Shown one piece after another: positions 51,630 to 64,000 of a stretch of DNA of 64,000 nucleotides. The stretch is from Ptychomitrium polyphyllum. Its lineage: Eukaryota. The stretch lies in assembly GCA_973851085.1 (NCBI GenBank), contig OZ316776.1, positions 9,238,001 to 9,302,000 on the forward strand. Direction: 5' to 3'. Each line of letters begins with the position of its first letter. Position 1 is the first letter of the stretch. The position numbers and the translations under genes were made by a program. The notes under the pieces are model-generated. The model was not told the DNA's origin. It did not search any database and was given only the letters and a program-made list of their open reading frames with translations.

Positions 51630-53427
51630 TGCACTTCTACCACCTTAACCACTGAGTGACCAAAAAAGATAAAATAAACCAAAAAAGTAATAAATTTTTT
51701 TGGTTTAAATTTTGAGTTTTACATAAGAAAAGTATTAGCAATATCATAATATCATATAAAAAATGTATTTTATTGACAAACATATTAAAACATTAATATG
51801 TTTCACTTCTTTAAATACTAAACTTTGCCAACCTTGTGTACAGTAAAATATCTGGCCTGGATGCTTCACTATAAAAGTGGTGCAAGGTCAGGTGTTGAAC
51901 AGTATCATGATAGTTGAAGTTCCCTAGATTCATGCTTTTTTGCCAGATTCCCTGTTCACAATTTCGTATTATCAGAGTATCTCTGCAGAGGTGCATAAAG
52001 TGCCCATCCTGTATGGTAATTCAAATATTAATGTATGAAAAAGTCGAACAGTCTTCCATTATATTGGACCTCATGCTTCTCAACTCATCCTTTTCACCTT
52101 GAATACTGGTCTAGTTAGCCAATCCAGAAGGTCTCCAGTATTCTTCAAAGAAATATTTCTACATCAAGTTCTCTTATTTTGAACATATGATAGTAATGTA
52201 ATAGCATCCAATATCCTCCGTGATAAATAATGTGGGTCCTACTAACTACGTACTGTAAGTGATATATAATGGGGTCAGAACGGATATGAAATCATGTAGC
52301 TGTAGGGGTTTTTAATAACACTGTGTACCATCTAGTGCCACCATTGGATGCACTGATTATGGCCTTCATACAAAATGGTGTAGAAGATGTAATAGCTTCA
52401 ACTGCACTTATTGAATAGTTGTGCTTTTCTGAGATGGACTCAATTTGTCAAGAGCTTCAACATTGTCACACTCCTCTTACATGAATTGCAATAAATTTTG
52501 ATAAATTTTGATAATTTTTTATTTTTGGAAAGGACATTCATATGTTATGCATAGTGCATCTTGTGTTCTACAACACTTCCAGATTTGGCGAAGGTGGAAG
52601 AAAGATCGTGCAACTGTTACAAGAATACTGGAATGTAAAATTGGACATGAATCACAAATAGTCGTATTGGATAATGGAAGGCTGTAGAAGCTCCGCTCAT
52701 GAATTGAAGGAACGAAGCAACTATTGGCAAATGATATGAGGATCTGAGCAATAGTGAGCAAACATATTCCCCACCGCTAAAAGTAGAAGGTTGGGCCTCG
52801 TCTACTCGAACATTTGAAGGGTATTTACAGCATTCAGAGAAGTAACGCAAGTGAAGGTGCTAGCGAACGGTAGTAAACACAGGCTTCGTAAAGTAATGGA
52901 TAGTATGCTTTATACAGGGAGGTGGCCTTAACAACGATTAAACAGTGCTCCAAGTCCGCCCACCTCTAATCTTACCTTCACATATACATATCTTCTCTAG
53001 GAATAGCAAGCACTACAACAGGCCATACCCTATGATTGGAGAAACCCTTTCGCCACACCCAACACAGATGCACTAGGTCAAACAACAGTTATTACGACTC
53101 TCTCGATGATCGAAGCTCTACCTGCAAGAAGAGTACAAATATCGTCCATCAGTGACACTTCCACTCATTCGCTTGAGTAGATTTTGGGCCTGCAACTTAG
53201 ACCATAGGTAAAGTTGAGGGCGACAGTATTCACGCTGATTCCTAAAGATGCGCACCAAGCATATACGAACTTATCTGTGACTTAGATCTGCGATCAACTT
53301 ACCTATGACTTGTTTCTATCAACTTATCTGCATGCACCAGTTGGCAAATTGAAGCAGATGACACGTGAAGGTTGCCCCAGAAACGAGAAGAATGTTTTGG
53401 AACTCATACCTGACCATTGATGACGCT

Positions 53428-55935
53428 TCATAATTTGGATTCAGGCATGGCATCTTTCCTGCTGAGCCGGGCTTCGATTGAACCATGGGGTTCGTCAGTA
53501 GGCAAAAAGACGTCATTCTCGAACTGCACAAGGACAATCCGATTCTCCAACAGTTAGGAAATAAACTGCCCATAGTCATATCACATCGTGAACACGTGAT
53601 CCCTTCAACCTTCTTCAGAAAGGCTTTTGCTTCAACACATGGAGGACACGAGACAAACTAGAGTATTCAAAAAACCTTTGATACACATAATCTGACAAAG
53701 CACCTTGCAGGAATAACAAGCCATTTCGACTGGAATAATTATACTCTTAGAAATTAGCCGCGCTGAGCACACCTGTAGCTAGCCTCACACTAATTTGGGA
53801 ACTCAGAGAGAAGATTCAGGCACAACAGTTCCTAAGGGGGGACTTCAAGATTACCGTGACGCCCACTGTAGGTAAATTGACAGGCAAGAAATGAATATTC
53901 GGCATGTTCAAATACACCGACTCAACTTCTGGAAATCTGCACAGTCAATCACAAACATATTCTTGTAAGAGATGGCGCAGGTTTGATTTTAGCAACATAT
54001 TGAGCACTCAACGGTTAAAAACTCCGTCACAGCACTTCCACACTCCTATTAATCTACATACACACTGTTGCTGTTCTTACTCTTGATGAAAGGAAAAAAA
54101 TATACACCTGTTTAGCACAGCCTTCGCCATGAGGAACAGCGTGTTCTGGACAGAAGGACTGAACACACCAGTGCGAGGAGGACCAAAAAATGTGTCCATG
54201 AGCACTGTCTTCACTGCGTCCCACTCTTTGGAGTAATTCCCAGGCTTGCTGGAGTAGCTGCTTTCAAAAGCACAATAGGAACAGATCAGGTAGGAACAAA
54301 ATAAAACCCAAGAATCCTGAACGAATACGAACGCAGAAGACTTCGGTGGAAGAACAGAGTGATGCTCTGGGCATCATAATCACCTCCACGATGCAGTTAG
54401 ACTTGAGGCTAACATCCGCTCGTTTGTATCCTTCAATACAGCGTACTTGTCACGAACAAAGTTTTCGAATCCTGACTGCAAGATTTTCAATTTTCAGAAT
54501 GTGTGAGTACGTGCTCAGGAAAAGAAACTATAAATACTCATCGAAGGTCGCTTGTTCACGACGACCAACAGGATCATGTCCAATCGTCTTCCCAGTTTAA
54601 GTACCTGGGTTGTCTTGAGCAAAGCCAAATCAGCTAGTCCAGACGTCACTTTGGCGCACCCATCACTGCTGACAACAACCTCTACCGTGTGTTTTCCGGA
54701 ACCCAGCTTAAAACCTGTCACCGTGGCAAATGTTACATGTTGTGTGCACACGCTCTAACATTTAAAAATATCCACAGCTTGTCCCTAAACCATACATAAC
54801 CAAAGCAAATAGTAGCCTTAATCGTATTTTTAAGCAATTTTAGCAATTGAGGTTTGCAATACCAAAATTGATGCACTCGTAGTGAGATGAGGACCAAATG
54901 GAGAAATTTGACAATTCTACACGTAACCGAAGTAGCAAAAAGACCAGTCATTCTGTAAGGAACCCTGCACCACTATTTCCCTCTACGTTGTTTACAACAG
55001 ACAGAAAACTTCATCGCATTACCATGATTGTGCTTAACGCCATTCACAGACACTCGCTCCCAAGGCTTCTCGGATAGCGTGATCTTGGAGCCTGTGACAA
55101 TCTGTGCACAGAAATTTAAAAGCTTAGACGCATATCTACATTCAAAGCGCCAGGAAGCAAGATACACTTGTGAAATCGACTTTAATTGTTCCACCACGAA
55201 GTTAATCTTTCGATTTCAAACCTCAGCAGCTCTAAGACACTAAAGCCATCGATAAGAACAACGGCTACTAAAGAACTCCACAAAGACAGTGAGCTGTACC
55301 TTGGGATAGGTGCGGACGAAGTGCTGACCCACAATGACTCCAAAATCTTCCAATGAAAGCTCCTCCTTGCATTCCTTGGCCAGAGCATACACCTGCACAA
55401 CATCACCACAAATACTTGGATCATGGCGACATCCTTGCGGAAGCAGAAATCGAGAGCATAATGCGTATACCAATGAAGCTTTAGAAATGAATAAAAAACT
55501 CCTGCAAATTCGAATAATGGCATGGGTACCGAGGCAGAGACAACAGAATCCACCGCACATTGAGTAAATTCAAAAATCTATCAAACTTAAAACAGAGGAG
55601 CGCCCACAGAGTCATCATTTTCAAGAAACAAAAGGACATCGTAAGCTGTCGAGTCTTGAAGTTAACAAGCAACCGGAAAACCAAATAACGAATAAGAACT
55701 CAGAAAACTATCAACACAGGGATCCGACGGCGAAACGGACCGTGTTCTTAATGGAGTCCGTGGCGACAATCTTTGAATTGTCACCATCGGTGAACGCAGG
55801 CAGCACGTGGGAGGTGATCGAAATTGAAACATTCCACTCGACCAGGCGGTGCTCTCCACTCCCCGCGCCTCGCCACAACCGCGCAACTCTCACTCTCGCC
55901 TTGCCATGCTGGTGCTGCAAAGTGAAGCCCTCCAT
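53428..55935 (-). CDS. UOX: Urate oxidase (uricase), peroxisomal, 8 exons, 298 aa
   Basis: Exons 55935-55741, 55392-55300, 55101-55023, 54714-54605, 54475-54384, 54257-54108, 53936-53855, 53523-53428 total 897 nt in frame. Motifs: HGKARVRV, DNSKIVATDSIKNT, LLKTTQSGFENF, SPSVQNTL, MPNIHF, PTDEPHGSIEA. C-terminal PTS1 is SKL. Confidence 0.96.
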
Positions 55936-58215
55936 CACCCACCCCTAAAAACAACACCTCCAAAACCGCCAACTTTCTTCTGCACTTCTCCAACAGAAAT
56001 TCAAAAACCAAACTCACACAAACTCGCAACCCTCCTCTTCCTGTACTGAAAGGCAGCCTGGCAGCACAGCACGATTTACCGCTGCAACCCGTACAGTGCA
56101 CCCAAACACCCCACCTTCACTTGCAGACGACAGAGAGAGCTACGTTATAGTAACCTGCGGGCGCGCAGTCTGAGCAGATGAGAGTAATCGAAGGCTTCTT
56201 CTGATCAGAAAGGAATGGAATTTGGTGTGATGCTCGAAGCTTCTGTACGAGCGAATGCTGCAGAATCCGGATCTCCTTGAGGTTAGTCAGCGGCGGCACG
56301 GGGACTCCTTCAAGCGTGCGCATCCGCATCTCCCACAGCTGCGTCCCTCTCGTTTCCCCTGAGGCTCCGGCCTCGCGCCTTCCGCGGCTGCTCGGGCGCA
56401 GCAGATTCTTCTCCTGCCGTGTGAACGGGCCTTTCCACGATCTTTCAGGGGCCTTTTCCTTCCTTGCTCTTTTCTTTCTCTGTTGTTCTTCCTTTCTGAG
56501 CTTTATTCTTTTATCTCCTTTTACTCCGTTTCTTCTTTTTCTTTTTAATGTCTCCTTCATTATACCATTCTTCTGTGGTTCGTAAGGATTTCCTTGAATG
56601 AGCTTTGAGTAGCAAAAATAAATTTATGTGCAATTTTAAGAGCAATAAAGTTGTTCCTGTTACTTCCACTACTTGCCATTTTCAATTGTAGACACGTCCA
56701 TCCAATGAGATCTTTAATTAGATTTCAACCTACTACACAATATTATCTATTTCTTGCCACATGTTAACCCTTTATATGCCATATGAACATTTTAATAGAA
56801 ATCTAAAACTTAAAAATATGTATGACTCATTATTCCCAATTCCTCCTGTGTGAAAGATGGTAGCATGCTCTTACATATGAAAACCGTCCCCAGTTCACAT
56901 TGGAGGGCCCTACGTTTAGAAACTTACGAGGGCCATGAGGGCAGAGACGTTCTTTCTGGTTGAGTCAATGAGCTAGAAGTGCGGCGACCGTCAGTTTCGT
57001 CCATCATGCATAGCACTGTTGTCCAATGGCAGGCACTCGTGAAGTTGTGACTCGGGATGTTTTGGAAAAGAGTAAACATTTATGTTAGAATTTTTAGCCC
57101 TATTTTATTCTAATCGGGCCACAGGCCTCATTGGAGGGATTCAGGGCATGTTTCTGGGAAACTAGTCTTCCCTGGACAAAAACTTAGATCGAAGGTCATT
57201 CTTTGTGAAAAGTTTACAAGTTCAAATGTTGTGAATGTAGATTGTAGGTCACCCCAAAAATGTCCATCGAGACAGATGACTGCACCTGCTGTCCCAATGT
57301 GCACTTGTTTCTCAGGGTTTTGAAAAGTTTTGACCTGTGCAATGTCCTTGAAGCTTTTGTAACCTGACAATCCTTACAATGCATTGAAACAAACTTATCC
57401 TCCATCGAAAACTGCACTGATATTCATATAGATGATAAACCAAAATTCTAATCAATCTCTCAATCCACAAACCCGCGAAGAGGAACACCGGTTTCTGTTG
57501 AGGGAGGCATAAATCAGGACTGTGTCAGACATCCGTGACAAACCACGGATCAAACTCAGTAGAATCCTTGTTTCAGCATAAAACCGTTCTCCGTAACTGA
57601 AGAATTATCCTGAGCACCTTAACCAAACAACTTGAACAAAAGCTGCATCAAAAACACAATACTGATAAATCTCCTGTTGAGTCCAAATTGCTCACTTCGG
57701 AGAGGAAAGAACTAAATTTCAAATAAAAATAGAATCCCAATTGCTAGGAACACTAATACGAGCCTAAATGCAAAAGAATGACACTTAGTGGAAACCTACG
57801 CCCAACACAGATTGTGTTGACAGAACCATCCAGGATCACTGCAGATTGTACCCCGTATCAAAGGAACCTGGTCAAAAGAATGTGCAACATCATAAAGTAG
57901 TGGATGAGACTCACACCTAATATTACAGAGATGCTGCAAAGGGCATCGACGTCGCTATGTTCTAATTGTACAAGATTCAAATTGAGCGCATAGATGGCGC
58001 AGCAGGGGTCGTCAACAAGACATGTGGTCCCCAGTATTAAACAGTGTTGTCATTTGCTATCAGAGACGAAGTACTCCAGACTATTTTAAAATTGTGGGGG
58101 AGAATAACCGTAACGCTTGCTTGATAAAGCCTGGCCACAAAAGGTCCATCATCTCTTCAGTGTTCTTCTGTTGCTTCCTGCACACCTCCTCTCGCAGCAC
58201 CATAGTACACTGGAA

Positions 58216-60914
58216 CTATTGTGGAGAAGCCTTCTTTGCAGCACGACCTGATTTGATAGCGAAAACCAGCGAATCTCCTGCCGGACCAAGACCTTTCCGC
58301 CCAACCAACTTCACCCCAAAATTGACACAAAGGTGCTGTAACCTTTCATTATCATTTTCCAATCTACTTAAATCCAAAGCCTGTTGGCGAGTTATGGTAG
58401 TGTACAAGAACAACTGCTCTGGAACAAAGTTCTCAATTACTTTGTTTTCTGTCTCCTCTACAGGTACTTTGACAACCTTTCCAGGGGAAATCATGTGCAC
58501 TCTCAAAATCGCCAAGGAGGAGGGATCAAGCACCTGCTGATTCAAAATCACAGAAAAATTTCCAAACGCGAGATCAGGTTCTTTAAAAAGCTCTGACAGA
58601 ATTGCTGAATATGTTTGCAAATCTCTTGTTTGGGTTCTTTCCGGTTTAGATGGATCCAATCTGGCTAATGCAACTCTTGCCATGTTAGCTGCTTCACGGT
58701 AGCCACTTAGAAGTGCACCGTGCATAGTTGCTGGATACTTTCGAATGGTTGCCTCGCCCGCAAAGAAGAGCCTATCATCCACTGACTGTGCCATTGTATC
58801 GTAGTCATCGCCGGATGCTCCAACTGCCACGTTGGAATAAGAGCCAAAACACAAACTGTCACTTCCCCACCTTGTGCATACAGTTTGCACTGGATTTGGC
58901 ACTTTTATTCCTTTTGGTTCAAAAATACCTGCACCATCCAATTCAAATATTTATCAACATGGTATGTACGAGTTACAGCAACAACTTATTGAGCAAAGCA
59001 TCCCCTGTAAATAGACCAATATACTAATACAAGGACACTGAAGTATAGAAGACCTGCTTCTGCAACCTCTCGTAACCTCAGCCTACTGAGTACAAAACTA
59101 GCACGTACCTCTGAGGATTGTCATGACACGAGTCACGGCTTCAATAGGAGGAGTAGTCTCGAAAGCAATGGCAGCCTCTCCAGCCACTAAAGCCACTAAC
59201 AGTGGCCCTCCAGCCACTGCTGCATAACTATAAAACATAAAATACTCCCCACGCTTGTGAGGATCTTCCTCGAGGTGCCCAAATGTGTCTAGACGGCTAT
59301 CCCAAAATACTCTTGGAAAAAGCATCACTACCTTGTTCAGAAGACCAAAGCCTAACCTCTGGATGGCATCTAGCTTGTATTTAGGAAGTGGAGGCTCAAA
59401 ATGAACCATGTTCCTTTTCAACACCCCCAGTGGCACAGTACACAGCGCCATCTCACCTTCAAAAGTCTCATCTGCAGTTTCAACTTGCACCCCACCGTCT
59501 CCATATTGTATTTGCTTCACAGTCTTACCATATAGGATTGGCACATTTTCACACAGCACGTCTACAAATTGCACATTTCCCCCGGGTAAAAAGCAGTGGT
59601 CTCCTCCCATTTCAAAGGGATCATCCTGATCCCAATCAGAAAGCGAGAGACAGGTGAGCAATTGCGCATTGGCGTACTCAAGATTTGCAAAGTGCCAATC
59701 AAAGAGCTGTCTCTCTGCAGGAACTGTGCCCATTCCACAAGTATGCCGTAGAAACTCCATGATATTACCTAACGAGATCAACACCGACTTCGACTGATTC
59801 TCCTCTCGCCATTTGCTACATGTGTCCAACAACTGGTTGAACTGTGCTTCCACCTTCTTATCGACATCATCAACAGCAGGCTGACCATTCGGTTGGTAAA
59901 TTGGACACAAGTCCTCAATTTTATGCAGAGGCCAGTTCATTTGACGAGCCAACACACCCAGTGGATTCCCGTGCATTCCAGTCACAACACTGCCCCCTAA
60001 ATCAGCAGCAGCATGTACATTATCCACCTCCATTCTCTTAGTGTATACTCTACCTCCAGGCCGCTGCCTACCTTCCAACACAACCACTTCGTGTCCAGAG
60101 GCCATTAAATGTCTGGCAGCACCAAGACCTGCAAGTCCAGCTCCAACGATGACCACCTTAGCTTTCTTTCTCTCTGCTGGTAACCTAACTTTGATAGCTG
60201 GGGCAACTCCAAAGTTTATGTAACCATGGTTCAAGAGAAATTTATAAGCCGAAGCAACCAAATGACTGTGCGCAACTCGAATATTTCCCATCACAGTCTC
60301 CTGTTCCAACCACACGTTTACATTCTCCCTCCAAAAAGCCAAGATGTGGTTGCGCACAACAATATAATTCTCCTGCTCTTTCCCACCCACTGTACTCACT
60401 ACATTTGCTACAATTTCCTCCTCCGTAAGTGAGTCTCGCGGGAAACCCAAGGCGGCAGCAACCATAGCCTCCATTTCAATTCCCTTCATCACACTGTCAA
60501 ATTTTCTCTTGGACCCTTTGCGAGAAGTCGATCCCTCGATTTGTTCCTCTATTACTTTGTCCATAGCAGATTCATCATATGTGGACACTTTAGAGTGCTG
60601 CCTAGATGGCCTCTTGTTTCTCCTCCCTGCCTCCTGCTCTTCCAACTCGATTTTCATTGTCACCTTCTCTGCTTCTACCCTTGTCTGTGCACATAATATC
60701 CCAATCAGACTCTCTGTAAAAATACATGTCGAGCATCGAAGAAACCAAGACACCTTGCTTCATTCACTCTATCAGAAGAAAAACACAGACCGAGGCAATT
60801 ACCATCAACGCTGCGAACACCTCCACAGAAGAGTAGAGGAAAGTAGAGAAAGCAAACCTCTGATATTTTAATACCCACATTCCGTACATGAAGCACTTCT
60901 GAACTCTGGGTCAT
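58216..60914 (-). CDS. LSD1-like lysine-specific histone demethylase (FLD/LDL family; SWIRM plus flavin amine oxidase), with a putative PTB3-like first coding exon
   Basis: Exons 60914-60858, 60684-59109, 58928-58216 total 2346 nt in frame (781 aa). [15 protein letters not shown]...YIVVRNHIL...GYINFG. FAD motif GAGLAG, then [44 protein letters not shown]. Use of the first exon is inferred; the alternative start is the ATG of MKIELEEQ. Confidence 0.9.
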
Positions 60915-61517
60915 CTTGACTTTCGTAGCAGGCACTGCACAAGGACGCTTTGCACGATCAGGTTCCCCCTCAGCAGGTTTACTCATGAACGACAAAAAGC
61001 GCACACCAGCAGGATGAGTTCTCTCGCGTTTTCGGTACCTGAATGAAATGACGCATGCAGAAACCTTCAAATAACTGGCGTGGATGAGGTCATGAAGAAT
61101 TCAGAAGCATTCTCAACTAACACTCATGATCCAGTCAGTAAAGGGTGGATGCTTCCAGAAGAAACCACGCAGGCGTTGAAAACGAAGTTGAAAGGAGCAA
61201 CCTACAGATGGAAAGCCCGGAAGCTCCAAGCGTCCACTAAACTCAAAACGGAACGTCCAAAGAGCGCAGAGCAATTCCTTCAAACAAGCAGAAAAACAGA
61301 CGCATCAAACACGAGTCAAAAAAAATAAACATACGCACACTCTAAATAACACAATAGAGCCAAAAATTCCCCATCCTCGCCACGCAACACGTTGCCTAGA
61401 CACGCTCTGCACTCCACGAATGAGAAACAAACACCAAAGCGGAAATTGAAACCATCAAATAACACCAAACTCACGCATGATGACCGCTCGCGGAAACACA
61501 CCGAAACTAACGTTAGC

Positions 61518-61855
61518 GACGACCATACAGCGAAAACCCCGAAGCACCGTAGCCTAAGCCCTAGCACCACGTACCCTAATGTGACTCGACGCGCACTCTC
61601 ACTTCCACTCCTAATCGCAGATGCTTGCGGAGGCACCGGCAACGGAGGACGCCCAGGGGCTGCAGAGCAGTGGCGTGACGGAGACCGGAAGCTCCCCGGA
61701 GAGTGGACTGGGGTTGGATTCCGGTGGTTGCTTGCAGGCGCGGACGCTCCCACCTTGGCCGCGGCCGTGGCCTCGCACAGCGCCACTCCCCACCCCGCGT
61801 GGCCAAGCGCGCGGAGACGACGACAGTTTCCACCCGGAATTCATCCTCGCCCACA
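61518..61855 (-). repeat. Dispersed direct repeat, copy 2 (putative non-coding first exon or promoter of the demethylase gene)
   Basis: Colinear with 46648-47018. Ends a few bases before a putative minus-strand donor GTTAGT at 61511. Confidence 0.9.
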
Positions 61856-64000
61856 AGCGTTACCGTCGTTCGCCGCTGCCGGAGACGGACTCAGGGCCTG
61901 ACGCATGGAGACGTCTTCCCACGTGGCGTGAGAGGGGAGAGCGTTCATTGTTTCTTGTGTGTAGTTTCTTTCCTAGAATGGGAAGAGTAAGGAATTAGTA
62001 ACAATGATGAAGTTGAGATTTAGGTTTCGGCTTGGGGTTTTTTTTGGCGGATAAGATGTTGGCGGATAAGATGTATGGAAATAAGTAAATAAGATTTTTT
62101 TTTTGTCTTTTGTTGTTGGAAATTTTTGAATTTGGAAAATGAAAATCAGTTTTTAATGGTTAAAGTGGTCTTTTTTAAGCCATGTATGATGCCACTCAAT
62201 AGAAAAGTTTTCATATAGCCTTCCATTGATTTAAAATTTTCTTCAATTAAGATTAAATTAATTGAAAGTAAGAACTTAATCTATAGATGCACAAATTATA
62301 TTAATAATTTGTTTATTTAAATTACAATGTTAAAATACAAGATTTATTATTTTATTTGTTTTGAGCTAATAATTTTTTGATCCTTTTAGATTTATTGTTC
62401 ATGTTTATAATATTATTGCACCTCATAATTTAAAGCAATTATAAAGAAACAATGAATAGGCAAGATGGAAGTAACACATGCAAGTATGAAACCATGAAAG
62501 AATATGGCTACTCCTATTATACCTTAAAAAAATATTGCAAATTTAAAAATAGTTTGTAGTCATTATAAATGATGCTCGTAGAATTAAAAAATATAATGTT
62601 TTGAATTGAACATGTTAAGTATGTAGATTGAACATGCTAGAAATTATGTGGATAGTCATTTTAACTTTAATACATGTAAAATACTCAATACAGTGCATGT
62701 GAATTGTTTTTATGAATATCATTTTAACATGCATAACCTGTTAATTTTTAAAACTAAATAATATGTTGTTTTCTTTAAAAACCTCAAAACAACCTGTAAT
62801 AACTCATACAAGCTTCCCTTTTCTACTTGGGCATTGTTTGAGATACATTAATACACACCATTCCTGTAAGTCTTGCTTCTTCCATAATCATGCATGCCAA
62901 TATAACCAACTCCATCCACATATTGATTTTTGTGCATATGTGGATTTGTCATGGATTTTCAGATACTGGCTCATGAACTTCTTTGTTCGGTTTTCACTTT
63001 CGAATATGAATAAGAGCTGCTGGTAAAGGATAACAGCACATTATCCGAACTGTGATACAGTACCTCAGATTCCATCCCCACTCAGATGTATCAAACCGTC
63101 ACGGCACTTATGGCAGACAGGACATCAGATCTGATTCTCATGCAATCTCAAAAAAGTTATTGCACAGACAAATGTAATATTCTGTGGAAGTCACTTTACT
63201 GCAGTTTTCGGAGGAAATGTACGATGTCCTGCCACCAAGATAAGTTTTACATGGTTACGTCTTGAATCAACTTACTTTTCCTCCTAGGACAGTAAAATGA
63301 TAGTCCAAGGACAGTCTCGAAAAGCACTGATTTGACAATCATGTGCTGACGCTCAAAAGATTGAAACAAGCGACAAGACATAACACGCAAGCTTCTGCAT
63401 CGATTATGATAACAAACTGGATGTTTCACATGGGTCATAGTGAAGCAATTCTAAAGATTTGGCAGTGACTTGCCAACGATAAATCTGATTAAAAACTGGA
63501 GTCAGACAACTAGGAAAGTCTGAATACACAAGAGATGTTCAGTCCTCTCTTGAGGATCCCATGACAATGTTCAATACGTAACTTGCACATTATCAACCAA
63601 CAAAGAATGTGTTAATAGGCCCACCACCCACAAGTGATTAAGGCTGTGGAGTTCCGTTCGTCGTTTGGAAGCAGTTCTATAACTTGCGCAATGTGAGGTA
63701 GCTTTTCCTCTCCTGCTATTTAACCCTGAAGAGACCTAGAAAAATGCCTTTTCTTATGAAGTAACAACTTCACTGAGGGCGCCCTGCGAGCAATAGCTCT
63801 CCATACCATATTGACAGCATCGTAAGGTTTCGTGGGATGTTGGTACTCAAAGTGCCGAGCCACTGCTTTCAACCTCTTCCACAGCACCGTCCATTCATCT
63901 CGACTAATATTTCTTAATATGTTTATCACAAATTTCTCTTGAAGGGCATCCGTCGACTTAATGAAGACACAAAACTCAGAATAATCCAATTCATCTTCAA

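Overview
This is eukaryotic nuclear DNA from a land plant. A moss or other bryophyte is inferred from the ISN1-family gene, the intron style and the AT-rich decayed-TE islands; this was not verified by search. Seven intact-looking genes were found: prolyl oligopeptidase, a mitochondrial carrier, Exo70A, an intronless CYP94-like P450, NSRP1/CCDC55, urate oxidase and an LSD1-like (FLD/LDL) histone demethylase. An intronless ISN1-type IMP 5'-nucleotidase is broken by a single in-frame TGA. The window also holds F-box and plastid G6PDH pseudogenes, a plastid 23S rRNA fragment (NUPT), tandem repeats and TE remnants. There is no CRISPR array and no tRNA that I can support. The four strongest leads are: (1) the demethylase appears chimeric, with a PTB3-like 19-codon first coding exon spliced in frame; (2) a ~350 bp 5' leader is shared, in the same orientation, by that gene and the unrelated NSRP1 gene 15 kb away; (3) intron 4 of the carrier contains an RNA stem that covers the acceptor of a stop-containing cassette exon, a candidate structure-controlled poison exon; (4) the ISN1 TGA sits where Arg is expected. 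Exon boundaries were read by eye from GT-AG sites and frame continuity, and family assignments rest on recalled motifs, not database hits.
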